Shown here: one piece after another, positions 52,598-64,000 of the stretch
Numbering within the stretch: the stretch's first letter is position 1
Layout: the number at the start of each line of letters is the position of its first letter
Origin: Eledone cirrhosa
Lineage: Eukaryota
Length of the DNA: 64,000 bases
NCBI GenBank assembly: GCA_964016885.1
Contig: OZ024752.1
Location: forward strand, 32,302,001-32,366,000
Direction of reading: 5' to 3'
The notes under the pieces: generated by a model
What the model saw: only the letters and a program-made list of their open reading frames with translations
Database searches by the model: none
Told to the model about the DNA's origin: nothing
Made by a program: the position numbers and the translations under genes

Positions 52598-52912
52598 CAT
52601 ATATATAAATATATATACATATATATATATACATATATATATATACATATATATAAATATATATACATATATATAAATATATATACATATATATACATAT
52701 ATATAAATATACATATATATATATACATATATATATATACATATATATAAATATATATACATATATATAAATATATATACATATATATACATATATATAA
52801 ATATACATATATATATATATACATATATATATAGATATATATAAATATATATAGATATATATAAATATATATACATATATATATATACATATATATATAT
52901 ACATATATATAA

Positions 52913-52962
<50 letters not shown>

Positions 52963-52963
52963 G

Positions 52964-53015
<52 letters not shown>

Positions 53016-53352
53016 TATGTATACATGTATACATATATATATATACATATATATGTATACATGTATACATATATATATATACATATATATGTATATGTAT
53101 ACATATATATATATATGTATATATATACATATATATATACATATACAAATACATATACATATATATATACATATACAAATACATATACATATATATATAC
53201 ATATACAAATACATATACATATATATATACATATACATATATATATACATATACATATATAAATACATATACATATATAAATACATATACATATATAAAT
53301 ACATATACATATATAAATACATATACACATATAAATACATATACACATATAA

Positions 53353-53405
<53 letters not shown>
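52598..53405. repeat. (TA)n/(TATACA)n microsatellite
   Basis: Directly visible. Confidence 0.95.
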
Positions 53406-53539
53406 ATCAAATGATATAAGTTAATCTACAATAATAGCAGAGACTTGTTTTGCCTCTGTTGTTATAAGTATTCAGATCTGATAATACTGAGTTTATTTAT
53501 AGTTATATAACTCTATCTATAACTATCAATGTCTGACTG

Positions 53540-53761
53540 GCTGTAGCTCTGTCTGTGTGTCTGTGTGTAGCTCTGTCTGTATGTCTGTGTGTAACTCTGT
53601 CTGTGTGTAGCTCTGTCTGTATGTCTGTGAGTAACTCTGTCTGTGTGTAACTCTGTCTGTGCGTACCTCTGTCTGTGTGTACCTCTGTCTGTGCGTACCT
53701 CTGTCTGTGTGTAGCTCTGTCTGTGTGTACCTCTGTCTGTGTGTACCTCTGTCTGTGTGTA
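53540..53761. repeat. ~16-bp tandem repeat CTCTGTCTGTGTGTA(C/G/A), running into the gap
   Basis: Directly visible; cut by the N run. Confidence 0.85.
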
Positions 53762-53961
53762 NNNNNNNNNNNNNNNNNNNNNNNNNNNNNNNNNNNNNNN
53801 NNNNNNNNNNNNNNNNNNNNNNNNNNNNNNNNNNNNNNNNNNNNNNNNNNNNNNNNNNNNNNNNNNNNNNNNNNNNNNNNNNNNNNNNNNNNNNNNNNNN
53901 NNNNNNNNNNNNNNNNNNNNNNNNNNNNNNNNNNNNNNNNNNNNNNNNNNNNNNNNNNNNN
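53762..53961. other. Assembly gap (200 N)
   Basis: Run of n. Confidence 0.99.
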
Positions 53962-55229
53962 TGTCTTCAACCTGTTCCAAACAAGTCAATTATGAAGATA
54001 TTTACTTATAATGTAACACAACTAAATGCAGCTAGACAGTGTTACAATTACCAGTTATCTATTTTCTGTCTACAATAGAAAGCTACACTATAAATTAGTA
54101 TGACACCATCTAATTATCTAATTAAGAAATCGTTACCTTAATTATGAAGCTTTAATGTAAGTAGCTCAATTTGTTAATTACAGCTGCAAAATTTTCCCCC
54201 AGCAGGTCCTACTCTCACAGATAATACATTAGATGCAGACAAATTGGTTACAGACATGAAAAAATACTTTGAAATAGATATAATTCAACTATTTAGATTT
54301 TAATCTAAGTATAAAATTTAGTTAAGTCAAAGTGAAAGTTTCCTTATTGAAGGGCCAAAGTTTTAAATTCAGTTACCCAGCATTTTATTTTGTTATATTT
54401 CCAAGATATATAGGCAGAAAATTGGCAGATACACTAGAGCATATAATGAAATTTTTTATAGTATTAATTCTGCTTTTTTTTTTTTTTTTTTTTTTTGCAA
54501 AGTTCAAATCCTGCCATGGTCAATATTGTGTTTCAATATTCCAGGGTTGATAAAGTACAATCTAGTATGGTGGACTGATGAAGTCATTAGAGTGTTAAAC
54601 AGGATGTTTTGCTGTCTTTGTTTCAGCCTTTTGCATTTTGAGAGTTAATTATTGAACTGTTCAGTGTAATTTTCATGAATGTTTACTATGTTTATATTTA
54701 GCTATCTGTAACAATGAAAGAAGAAGAAAGTGGTTTTGTAATTAGTTTAGTCTGAGTCAGTGACTTGGATTTTCTCTATCATTATATAATTATCATCTTG
54801 ACTTTCCAAGCGTTGTCATTATACATTCTTGTATGCACTGTACTGAATATTCCAACAACATATGCCATAGAGATACTACCTTTTGTTGATGTGATTGATG
54901 TAAGTGCAACATCAGATAACATACTGAAGTAATTATTAGTGTCATGCACTACAGAATTACCCTTTTATTGTCCTCAAGGTAAATTATATAAATAAAGAGC
55001 TGTAGCCATATATTTCTTATGACCCATATTTGTGGAAATCTAGATGGCCATAACAGAAAATTGATACCGAGGAGGCATAAGTGGGTGAAAAGAAGCTCCT
55101 TATTTAAAATTGTTTCATTGTTTATTATTAACTTTAATTAACTTTATTAATTATTGGTCGATTTTCATAAAATGTTTTATTTTGAACAGTATAATGGTAG
55201 AAGTACAGTACAGTGTTAACATTCTACAT

Positions 55230-55600
55230 AGGGACTGGTGTTGTCTACTTGTGTTTGTAATCGTCTGGGTATATCCTTGACTGACTTCATCAGGAACTCA
55301 GGTAGTACATTGGTCAGTAAATGACTAATGTGTGTTCCTCCAATTGAGTCAGAATTTTGGGTTCTGAGCTATAAACCTCTTTCTTTGCCTACCCCCCACA
55401 GGAAAAAAATCACATGGCATTAAGTCATAGCTTTTTGCTGGCCATTCATGCGGACCTTGATGACTTAGCCAACGTCCTGGAAATTGGACATCAAACCACT
55501 CACAGACAGTGCATCTAAAATGAGGAGGGGCACCATGTTGCATGAATATGAGGTCATTGTTGATGTGCCAAGAGATCACAGTAGGCTAAAAGTTATAAGT
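55230..55600 (-). pseudogene. Tc1/mariner-superfamily transposase remnant
   Basis: ORF 55349-55579: FMQHGAPPHF..VCEWFDVQFPGRWLSHQGPHEWPAKSYDLMPCDFF matches the FxQDGAPPH...WPxRSPDLxPxDFF catalytic region; D>H change and frameshift. Confidence 0.8.
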
Positions 55601-55637
55601 GATTTTCAATAGGGAGCTTTATTAGCTTTATTATATA

Positions 55638-56240
55638 CTAGCAGAATGGCCCGGCGTTGCTCGGGATTTGCTCTAGCGTTCTTATATATTTGATATATAT
55701 TTATCCTTATCGAACCTCATGAAATAAATACGTTTGTTTATATTTTGTTATTGTGTATGCAAAAATATCTGTACACGAATATATATATATATATACTAAA
55801 ATAACAAATTAAAGTTTAAGCAAAGAATAGCTGCTTTCACCCTTAACGGGACCTTCTGAAACTAAAAAAATCAATCTGTGAACGCAGAAGTAAATATTTC
55901 GAAAAACGTACACACTATATATATACACATCCTATATATACATATATACACACACACAGATAGTGTCATAATGTTGTAATGCAGACAGTCAGGCATACAG
56001 ACATTATAAGGCTGCAACATTATATCTATGTATCTATCTAAAAAGAAAGACTAAGAATTATAGAGAGATCGCTAAATCGCCTAATGCGGTCCTAGGGCAT
56101 GGAAAATTTGAAATTGTTTTGCTCAAAACACTCACAGGACCATAAGTATTACATGTGTAAAGTTTGAAAACAATCGGTTGGGTGGTTCTCGAGTTTTAGG
56201 GAGTCAGACAGACAGACATTCTCTGTTTTAGATATATAGA
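55638..56240 (-). mobile_element. Non-autonomous Helitron-like element
   Basis: On - strand: 5' TCTATATAT..(GTCT)n...; 3' GC-rich hairpin CCCGAGCAACGCCGGG just upstream of a terminal CTAG followed by T. Confidence 0.7.
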
Positions 56241-56409
56241 CAAGGCCAGCAATTACCCAGTACATTACTGGTACTTTATTTTATCGACCCCGTGAGGATG
56301 AAAGGCAAAGTTAACCTCGGCGGTATTTGAACTCAGACCGTAAAGGGACGTAACTCCATGCTATGAAGCATGGTGTCCGACTCTCTACAGATTCTGCCAA
56401 TCCACCGCC
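56241..56409 (-). mobile_element. SINE family A
   Basis: Reverse complement matches the family A consensus including the GGGCGGTGGATTGGCAG head. Confidence 0.85.
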
Positions 56410-57167
56410 CTAATGTCTGTACGTAATGAGGGAGTGAGAGGGGAGAGAAAGACAGAGGTGAAGTGACGAAGTGACTCTCTCCTCTTCCTCTTCCTCCTCC
56501 TCCTCCTCCATCTCCCCATTCGTCACAGCGATAGAGGGGAGGAATGTTAGTGTGTTACAAAGAGAAAGAGTGAGAGTGAGAGAAACAGACAGACTAAAAG
56601 AGAGGGATAGCTGGAGAGAGAGAGATAGCAACCACGCGCGCACGTGTTTCCACTGTCGGACAGACAGACAGAGAAATTGCTGGTTATATATTATAAGGAG
56701 ATAAACTACATAAAATGACAGGTGCAGCTTGATAATGTCTGTCTCCTCCATTTAGTGGCTCTTGTAGCCTTTGTTTGGTTTGCCAAGTTTAGGAAGGTTG
56801 GCAGTCTGTATTCAGTTTGTCAAATTCAAAGAGTGGGTTGTAAGTTGGTTTAGCAGGAGTCATGAGCGCAGGTTAACTTTTGGTTAGAGCATTGTGCTTG
56901 CAGAAGGTTGTGAGTTCGATTCTCGGACCAGATGATGCGTTGTGTCTTTGAGCAAGACACTTTATATAATAAAAAGTATTTAAAGAACAGAAGTTTGTGA
57001 TAATTAAATATATTCTCCATTGTGTTTCTGATATCCTTCCATAGTTAGTTCTGATGACAGTAAATCAATGAGACCCATGTTCACCAGTAGTGAGTGCCAA
57101 CCATTCAATAGACTTGTAAAAAAATGTTATAAGTTAAAAGCTGTCACTTTCGATAGCAGAAGGTGTT

Positions 57168-57441
57168 TATCATCATCATCATCATCATCATCATCATTTT
57201 ACGTCCGCTTTTCCCTGCTTGCAAGGGTGGGATGGGAACTGATTCTGGCTTGATTTCTACAGCTGGATGCCCTTCCTAACACCAACCTCATTTACAGTGT
57301 GGGCTGGGTGCTTTTTTGCCGTGGCACCTCCACGACCACTTTGCAGTGGAATGATAGGGAACCCAGTCCCTATCATCTCATTTATACAGTTGAGTAAACT
57401 GGGGCAATGTGAAATAAAGTGTCTTGCTCAAGGAAGCAACA
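57168..57441 (-). mobile_element. CORE-type SINE family B, 5'-truncated
   Basis: Reverse complement of 58440-58710. Confidence 0.85.
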
Positions 57442-58029
57442 CATATATGTCTAAATATTATTTTGTAATGCACTATTTTCAGCAGGTGGCATCCACTGTC
57501 ATATTCACAAATAATTCAGGTCAAAATTTTAATATATTATAATCAAGTTTAATGTGTAAACTCTTTAGGTAAGAAATTCATAAAATGTTTTGAACATATG
57601 AGCCAGAGAAAGATAGAAAGTTCCAGAATAGAAGTGAGAAAGAGATATAGAGGAAGAATTGACTCCAGTACTAGACTGGTACTAGCTACATAATGAGGAA
57701 AGAGAAATTACTAAATCCTATCAAATTACTGATTATTTTCAAAATGATTTGCAAATAATAGGCAATGACTTTCATGTGCAATATGGCAATGAAAAGGTTA
57801 ACTCTTTAGCATTTACATTACTCTATATTTACTATTGTATTTTCATGGTAAAGGCTCTACCTTATATAATTATCTCACATAATATTGAATCTGAGATTTG
57901 ATATTATTTGTGTTGAGAACAATACCTTAACATCAGTATGAGTGATCGGTTACAGCTGGTTTGAACAGAAAGAGGGGAGGGAACTGTGGCTGGATATGGC
58001 TGGTTTAACCCTTTAGCATTTACATTACT

Positions 58030-58080
<51 letters not shown>

Positions 58081-58098
58081 TATATTATATATATATAT

Positions 58099-58147
<49 letters not shown>

Positions 58148-58326
58148 TATATTATATATATATATTATATTATATATATATATATATTATATTATATTAT
58201 ATATATATATTATATTATATATATATATATATTATATTATATATATATATATATTATATTATATATATATATATATTATATTATATTATATATATATATT
58301 ATATTATATATATATATATATTATAT

Positions 58327-58357
<31 letters not shown>

Positions 58358-58363
58358 TAAAAA

Positions 58364-58710
58364 GGAGGCACATGGCTTAGTGGTTAGAGCATTGGCCTTG
58401 CAATCGAAAGGTTGTGAGTTCAATTCTCAGACCGGGTGATGTGTTGTTTCCTTGAGCAAGACACTTTATTTCACATTGCTCCAGTTTACTCAGCTGTAGA
58501 AATGAGATGATAGGGACTGGGGTCCCTAGCATTCCACTGCAAAGTGGTCGTGGAGGTGCCACGGCAAAAAAGCACCCAGCACTCACTGTAAATGAGGTTG
58601 GTGTTAGGAAGGGCATCCAGCTGTAGAAATCAAGCCAGAATCAGTTCCCGTCCCACCCTTGCAAGCAGGGAAAAAGCGGACGTAAAAATGAAATGATGAT
58701 GAATGATGAT
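58364..58710 (+). mobile_element. CORE-type SINE family B, full length
   Basis: A/B boxes, CORE-like domain, RTE-type tail and (TGA)n. Confidence 0.9.
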
Positions 58711-58796
58711 ATACCATTGTATTTTCATGGTAAAGGCTTTACTTCACATACTATTGAATCTATGAGATTTTGATATTTATTTTGATATTTATGAAA

Positions 58797-59103
58797 GGCC
58801 AGTTATGGCTGGTTTCAATAGAAAGAAGTGAGAGAATTCTGGCCAGTTACAGCCGGTTTCAATAGAAAGAAGTGAGAGAATTCTGGCCAGTTACAGCCGG
58901 TTTCAATAGAAAGAGGTGAGAGAATTCTGGCCAGTTACAGCCGGTTTCAATAGAAAGAAGTGAGAGAATTCTGGCCAGTTACAGCCGGTTTCAATAGAAA
59001 GAAGTGAGAGAATTCTGGCCAGTTAGAGCCGGTTTCAATAGAAAGAAGTGAGAGAATTCTGGCCAGTTACAGCTGGTTTCAACAGAAAGAGGTGAGAGAA
59101 TTC
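58797..59103. repeat. 44-bp tandem repeat x~7 GGTTTCAATAGAAAGAAGTGAGAGAATTCTGGCCAGTTACAGCC
   Basis: Directly visible; expansion of the MITE subterminal segment that is single-copy at ~57950-58004. Confidence 0.92.
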
Positions 59104-59599
59104 TCGTAGGATACAGCCTGTTTAAATGCTAAAGGGTTAATAAGGTTTTTATGTTGTTTTTAAGTTGTAGTGGCCAGTAATTTTCTATTTTTTTCTCCTA
59201 ATTAGTTTATTTTTGTATATACATGATTTATTTCAACATTTCTTGTCATTTATATATTAATTGATTGAATTAATAGCCTAATTATACATCTACAATATAA
59301 TTAATATTGTAAAGAATAAGGTTTTTTAGGTGTGTATATGTATGTGTCTGAGTATGTGTTTGTGTGTGCATATGTATGTCTCTCTCTTTCTCTCTCTCCA
59401 TATATATATAAATTGTTCAGAAATGGTGTAATAACTGTTGTGGAACTACTTATATATATATATATATATATAAAAACGAAACCTACAGTCAGTAGGCACC
59501 TCTTAACCAAAATACACCCCCGTCCCACTACCCCCACCCCATCCACAACACTCCTTTCATTGTAAAGTTATATTGGTGCCACAACATCCAGTCCTAAAT

Positions 59600-59846
59600 A
59601 AATGAGGTCGTGTAGGTGTCACGACAAAAAACACACAGTCCACGCTGTAATGTGGCCGTGTAGGTAACACGGTAAAAACCTCCCAGACCCACACTGTAAA
59701 CGTGGTTGGTGTTAGGAAGGGCACCAGCCGTAGAAAACCTGCCAGACAGTCCTATACGAGCAAGACAACCAATCTTGCCTCAAGTGGGACAATTCCCATC
59801 CAAACCCATGCTAGCGTGGAAGATGGACATTAAATGATGATGATGA
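59600..59846 (+). mobile_element. SINE family C 3' part
   Basis: Contains one copy of the 112-bp unit and the CCCATGCTAGCGTGGAAGATGGACATTAAATGATGAT tail. Confidence 0.78.
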
Positions 59847-59890
59847 TATATATATATATATATATATAATTCATTAATATTTAACAAGAG

Positions 59891-60077
59891 GGCGGTGGAT
59901 TGGCAGTATCGGTAGAGGGTCGGACGCCATGCTTTCCAGCATAGTTACGTCCCTTTACGATCTGAGTTCAAATCCCGCCGAGGTTGACTTTGCCTTTCAT
60001 CCTTACGGGGTCGATAAAATAAAGTACCAGTAACGCACTGGGTAATTGCTGGCCTTGTGCCTAAAGTAGAAACAATT
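59891..60077 (+). mobile_element. SINE family A, full length, with target-site duplication
   Basis: Flanked on both sides by ATTAATATTTAACAAGAG (59873-90 and 60075-92). Confidence 0.9.
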
Positions 60078-60501
60078 AATATTTAACAAGAGTTAAATAA
60101 TGATAATTATGATGATGATAATAAATCATATATCTGTATGTATGTATGTATATGTAGGGTAAAGATATGCATATGTGAGTATATGTGTGTGTGAGAATAT
60201 GAGTACTCGTCTGTATAATATATGATTATGGCATCAAGTTGGCTGAGTTGTTAGAGGTGGACGGACCATCGAAATATGTATAGTGCTTTCACATAATTAA
60301 AATTCTAAAGTAAATGTTCCTGCCTGGGCTTCTGTTGTTTTAATGAATACTTTACTCATTTCCTGCACCAGACACTGGATACCACATCTGGGATGGATGA
60401 TTTGCATAATGTTGAGTGCTTTAATTAAGTTGTTGCATCATCATTTACCAACCGAACCACCAGTTCTACTACTCATTGGTAAAGAGCCTAACATAAATGA
60501 A

Positions 60502-62358
<1,857 letters not shown>

Positions 62359-62477
62359 ATACACATATATACACATATATATATTTGGTAAAGAGCGTTA
62401 GTTGATTAAGAATCATCCGACTTTTATATAACAGATGCCAAGCATTCAACGGTATACGTTTAGCTGGAGTTTTGTTA

Positions 62478-62675
62478 TAATAATAATTGTTTCTATTTTT
62501 GGCACAAGGCCAGAAATTACCCCAGTGCATTACTGGTTCTTTATTTTATCGTCCCCGTAATGATGAAAGGTAAAGTTAACCTCGGCGGGATTTGAACTCA
62601 GACCATAAAGGGCCGTAACTCTTTGCTGCAAAGCATGGTGTCAGACCTTCTACTGATACTGCCAATCCATCACCC
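62478..62675 (-). mobile_element. SINE family A
   Basis: Reverse complement matches family A; flanked by GTTTTGTTATAATAATA duplication. Confidence 0.85.
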
Positions 62676-62720
62676 TGTTTTGTTATAATAATAGACAGTT
62701 ACTTCAGTCTATTCCTATTT

Positions 62721-62795
62721 ATTTTATTATACGTATTTCAAAGATGTATGACTTATGTATAACATAAGTCAAAACATGTTCTCTTCAGATAAAAT
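62721..62795 (-). ncRNA. Type I hammerhead ribozyme with palindromic stem III
   Basis: Reverse complement ATTTTAT / CTGAAGA / GAACATGTTTTGACTTATGT-tat-ACATAAGTCATACATCTTT / GAA-ATACGTAT-A / ATAAAAT. Confidence 0.75.
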
Positions 62796-63028
62796 CCACA
62801 GATGTAGATATCATTTGATATATATATATATATATATAATTTTTTCTACTTTAGGCACAAGGCCAGCAAATATATAATGTGTGTGTATATATATATATAT
62901 TATTCCATTAAGGAAAGTTGGTTGATCAGATAATCCACTGACGTTTTTTGTAAACAGACATAAAGGACTCCATGATTTGTATTCCTTAGAACATTATCGA
63001 TAAGGTATTAACCAGAGTTTCAATATTA

Positions 63029-63104
63029 TGAAGAAGAGAGACAGTTTTATGTGTACATCTGTCTATTACAGATGATGTACACATAAAACTGTCTCTCTTC
63101 TTCA
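63029..63104. repeat. 31-bp-arm perfect inverted repeat
   Basis: TGAAGAAGAGAGACAGTTTTATGTGTACATC / GATGTACACATAAAACTGTCTCTCTTCTTCA. Confidence 0.88.
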
Positions 63105-63134
63105 CAATAAATATATATATATATTAAACTGTGT

Positions 63135-63425
63135 ATAAGAGTGATAGGCTGTAGTGCGCGGGAGAGAAGACTGTGTTGGTATGGACATGTGATGCAAATG
63201 GAGGATGACCGCTGGGTAAAGAAGTGCCAAGAAATCCCAGTAGAAGGAAAACACAGTCAAGGAAGACCACGAAAAACATGGGCGGAGGTGGTGAGAGCAG
63301 ACCTCAGATTGCTGAGGCTCACGGAAGAGATGACAAAGGACCGTGACGAATGGGGAGATGCCGTGCTTAATAAGATCCGTCCTACCCTTGCAAGGAGGGA
63401 AAAGCGGACATAAGATGATGATGAT
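63135..63425 (+). mobile_element. RTE-clade LINE 3' end (ORF C-terminus + (GAT)n tail)
   Basis: RERRLCWYGHVMQM..VKKC....VEGK..QGRPRKTW..VVRADL......DRDEW is the typical RTE C-terminus; the ORF runs into CCCTTGCAAGGAGGGAAAAGCGGACATAAGATGATGAT. Confidence 0.88.
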
Positions 63426-64000
63426 ATATGACTGATATAAGCCTCATGTAATATGTACTTATATATTTTACTCAGTAAGACTAAGCTTAAACCTGTATAG
63501 TCATTTATGTAGCAGAATCATTATAATTTCAGTGAGACAATAACCCATTTTTTTCTCTGAGTACTTTTTAAGTAAGAATATATACAATCATAATAGTATT
63601 TAACAAGATAGTAATACATCTTCCATTCTGAAACAATACCTTTTTATTAAACAGCATTTTAAAGACTACGTACCATGACTAATAACATCGTAACAGCTTA
63701 ATAAAGCTAATATCATTTGCTATGGAATTATTGTAAGTACCAATTACTCTTAGAAAAATATGCATTAATTAGTTATTTATAGATTTATGACAAAATACTT
63801 TATTACATAGAACGGATTTGTTAAGTACAACCTTGAAGCTGTAGTTCTGTTCATCATATAAATTTTCCAACATGAATTAACCGATAAAAACCGAGTATAT
63901 GGAGATTGGATATAATTTTAGTTATTATTACATCTATCTATACACTACTAAAACTCTGTGATTGTGTGGCTTGTCTGTAATTTAATACAGCCAAAATGGT

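Larger units (their letters stand above)
48138..52600 (+). mobile_element. Young Penelope-like element (PLE-3), 5'-truncated, with inverted 1402-bp 3' arm
   Basis: Arm 48138-49539 is the reverse complement of 51139-52540 (paired coordinates sum to 100678; one mismatch noticed); RT + GIY-YIG ORF; pLTR with hammerhead; flanked by (TA)n on both sides. Confidence 0.93.
58009..59136. mobile_element. piggyBac-like MITE: TTAA-flanked, TIR CCCTTTAGCATTTA, with nested microsatellite, SINE and 44-bp repeat
   Basis: TTAA|CCCTTTAGCATTTA (58005-22) ... TAAATGCTAAAGGG|TTAA (59123-40); a second partial copy starts at 57798. Confidence 0.72.

Overview
AT-rich, repeat-dominated eukaryotic DNA. The SINE families, (TA)n-type microsatellites and RTE/CR1/Penelope content suggest a coleoid cephalopod (octopus-like); that is an inference. 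I could not confidently call any host protein-coding gene. Bases 1-25.6 kb are two adjacent satellites: a 41-bp unit over ~12.5 kb and a ~53-bp unit over ~11.5 kb. The rest is nested retroelements: a young Penelope-like element (PLE; RT + GIY-YIG) with a 1402-bp near-perfect inverted arm, two other 5'-truncated PLEs, CR1 and RTE LINE fragments, three SINE families, Helitron-like, piggyBac-like and Tc1/mariner remnants, and a 200-N gap. Main observations: (1) one SINE copy has ~20 strand-biased T>C (antisense A>G) changes in ADAR-type context, a probable genomic fossil of an A-to-I hyper-edited RNA; (2) about nine type-I hammerhead ribozyme motifs from several PLE pLTR families; (3) recurrent fold-back inversions at PLE 5' ends; (4) the likely missing PLE N-terminus sits in the pLTR tail; (5) an RTE LINE/SINE partner pair and SINE-derived minisatellites. 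All alignments and counts were done by eye.
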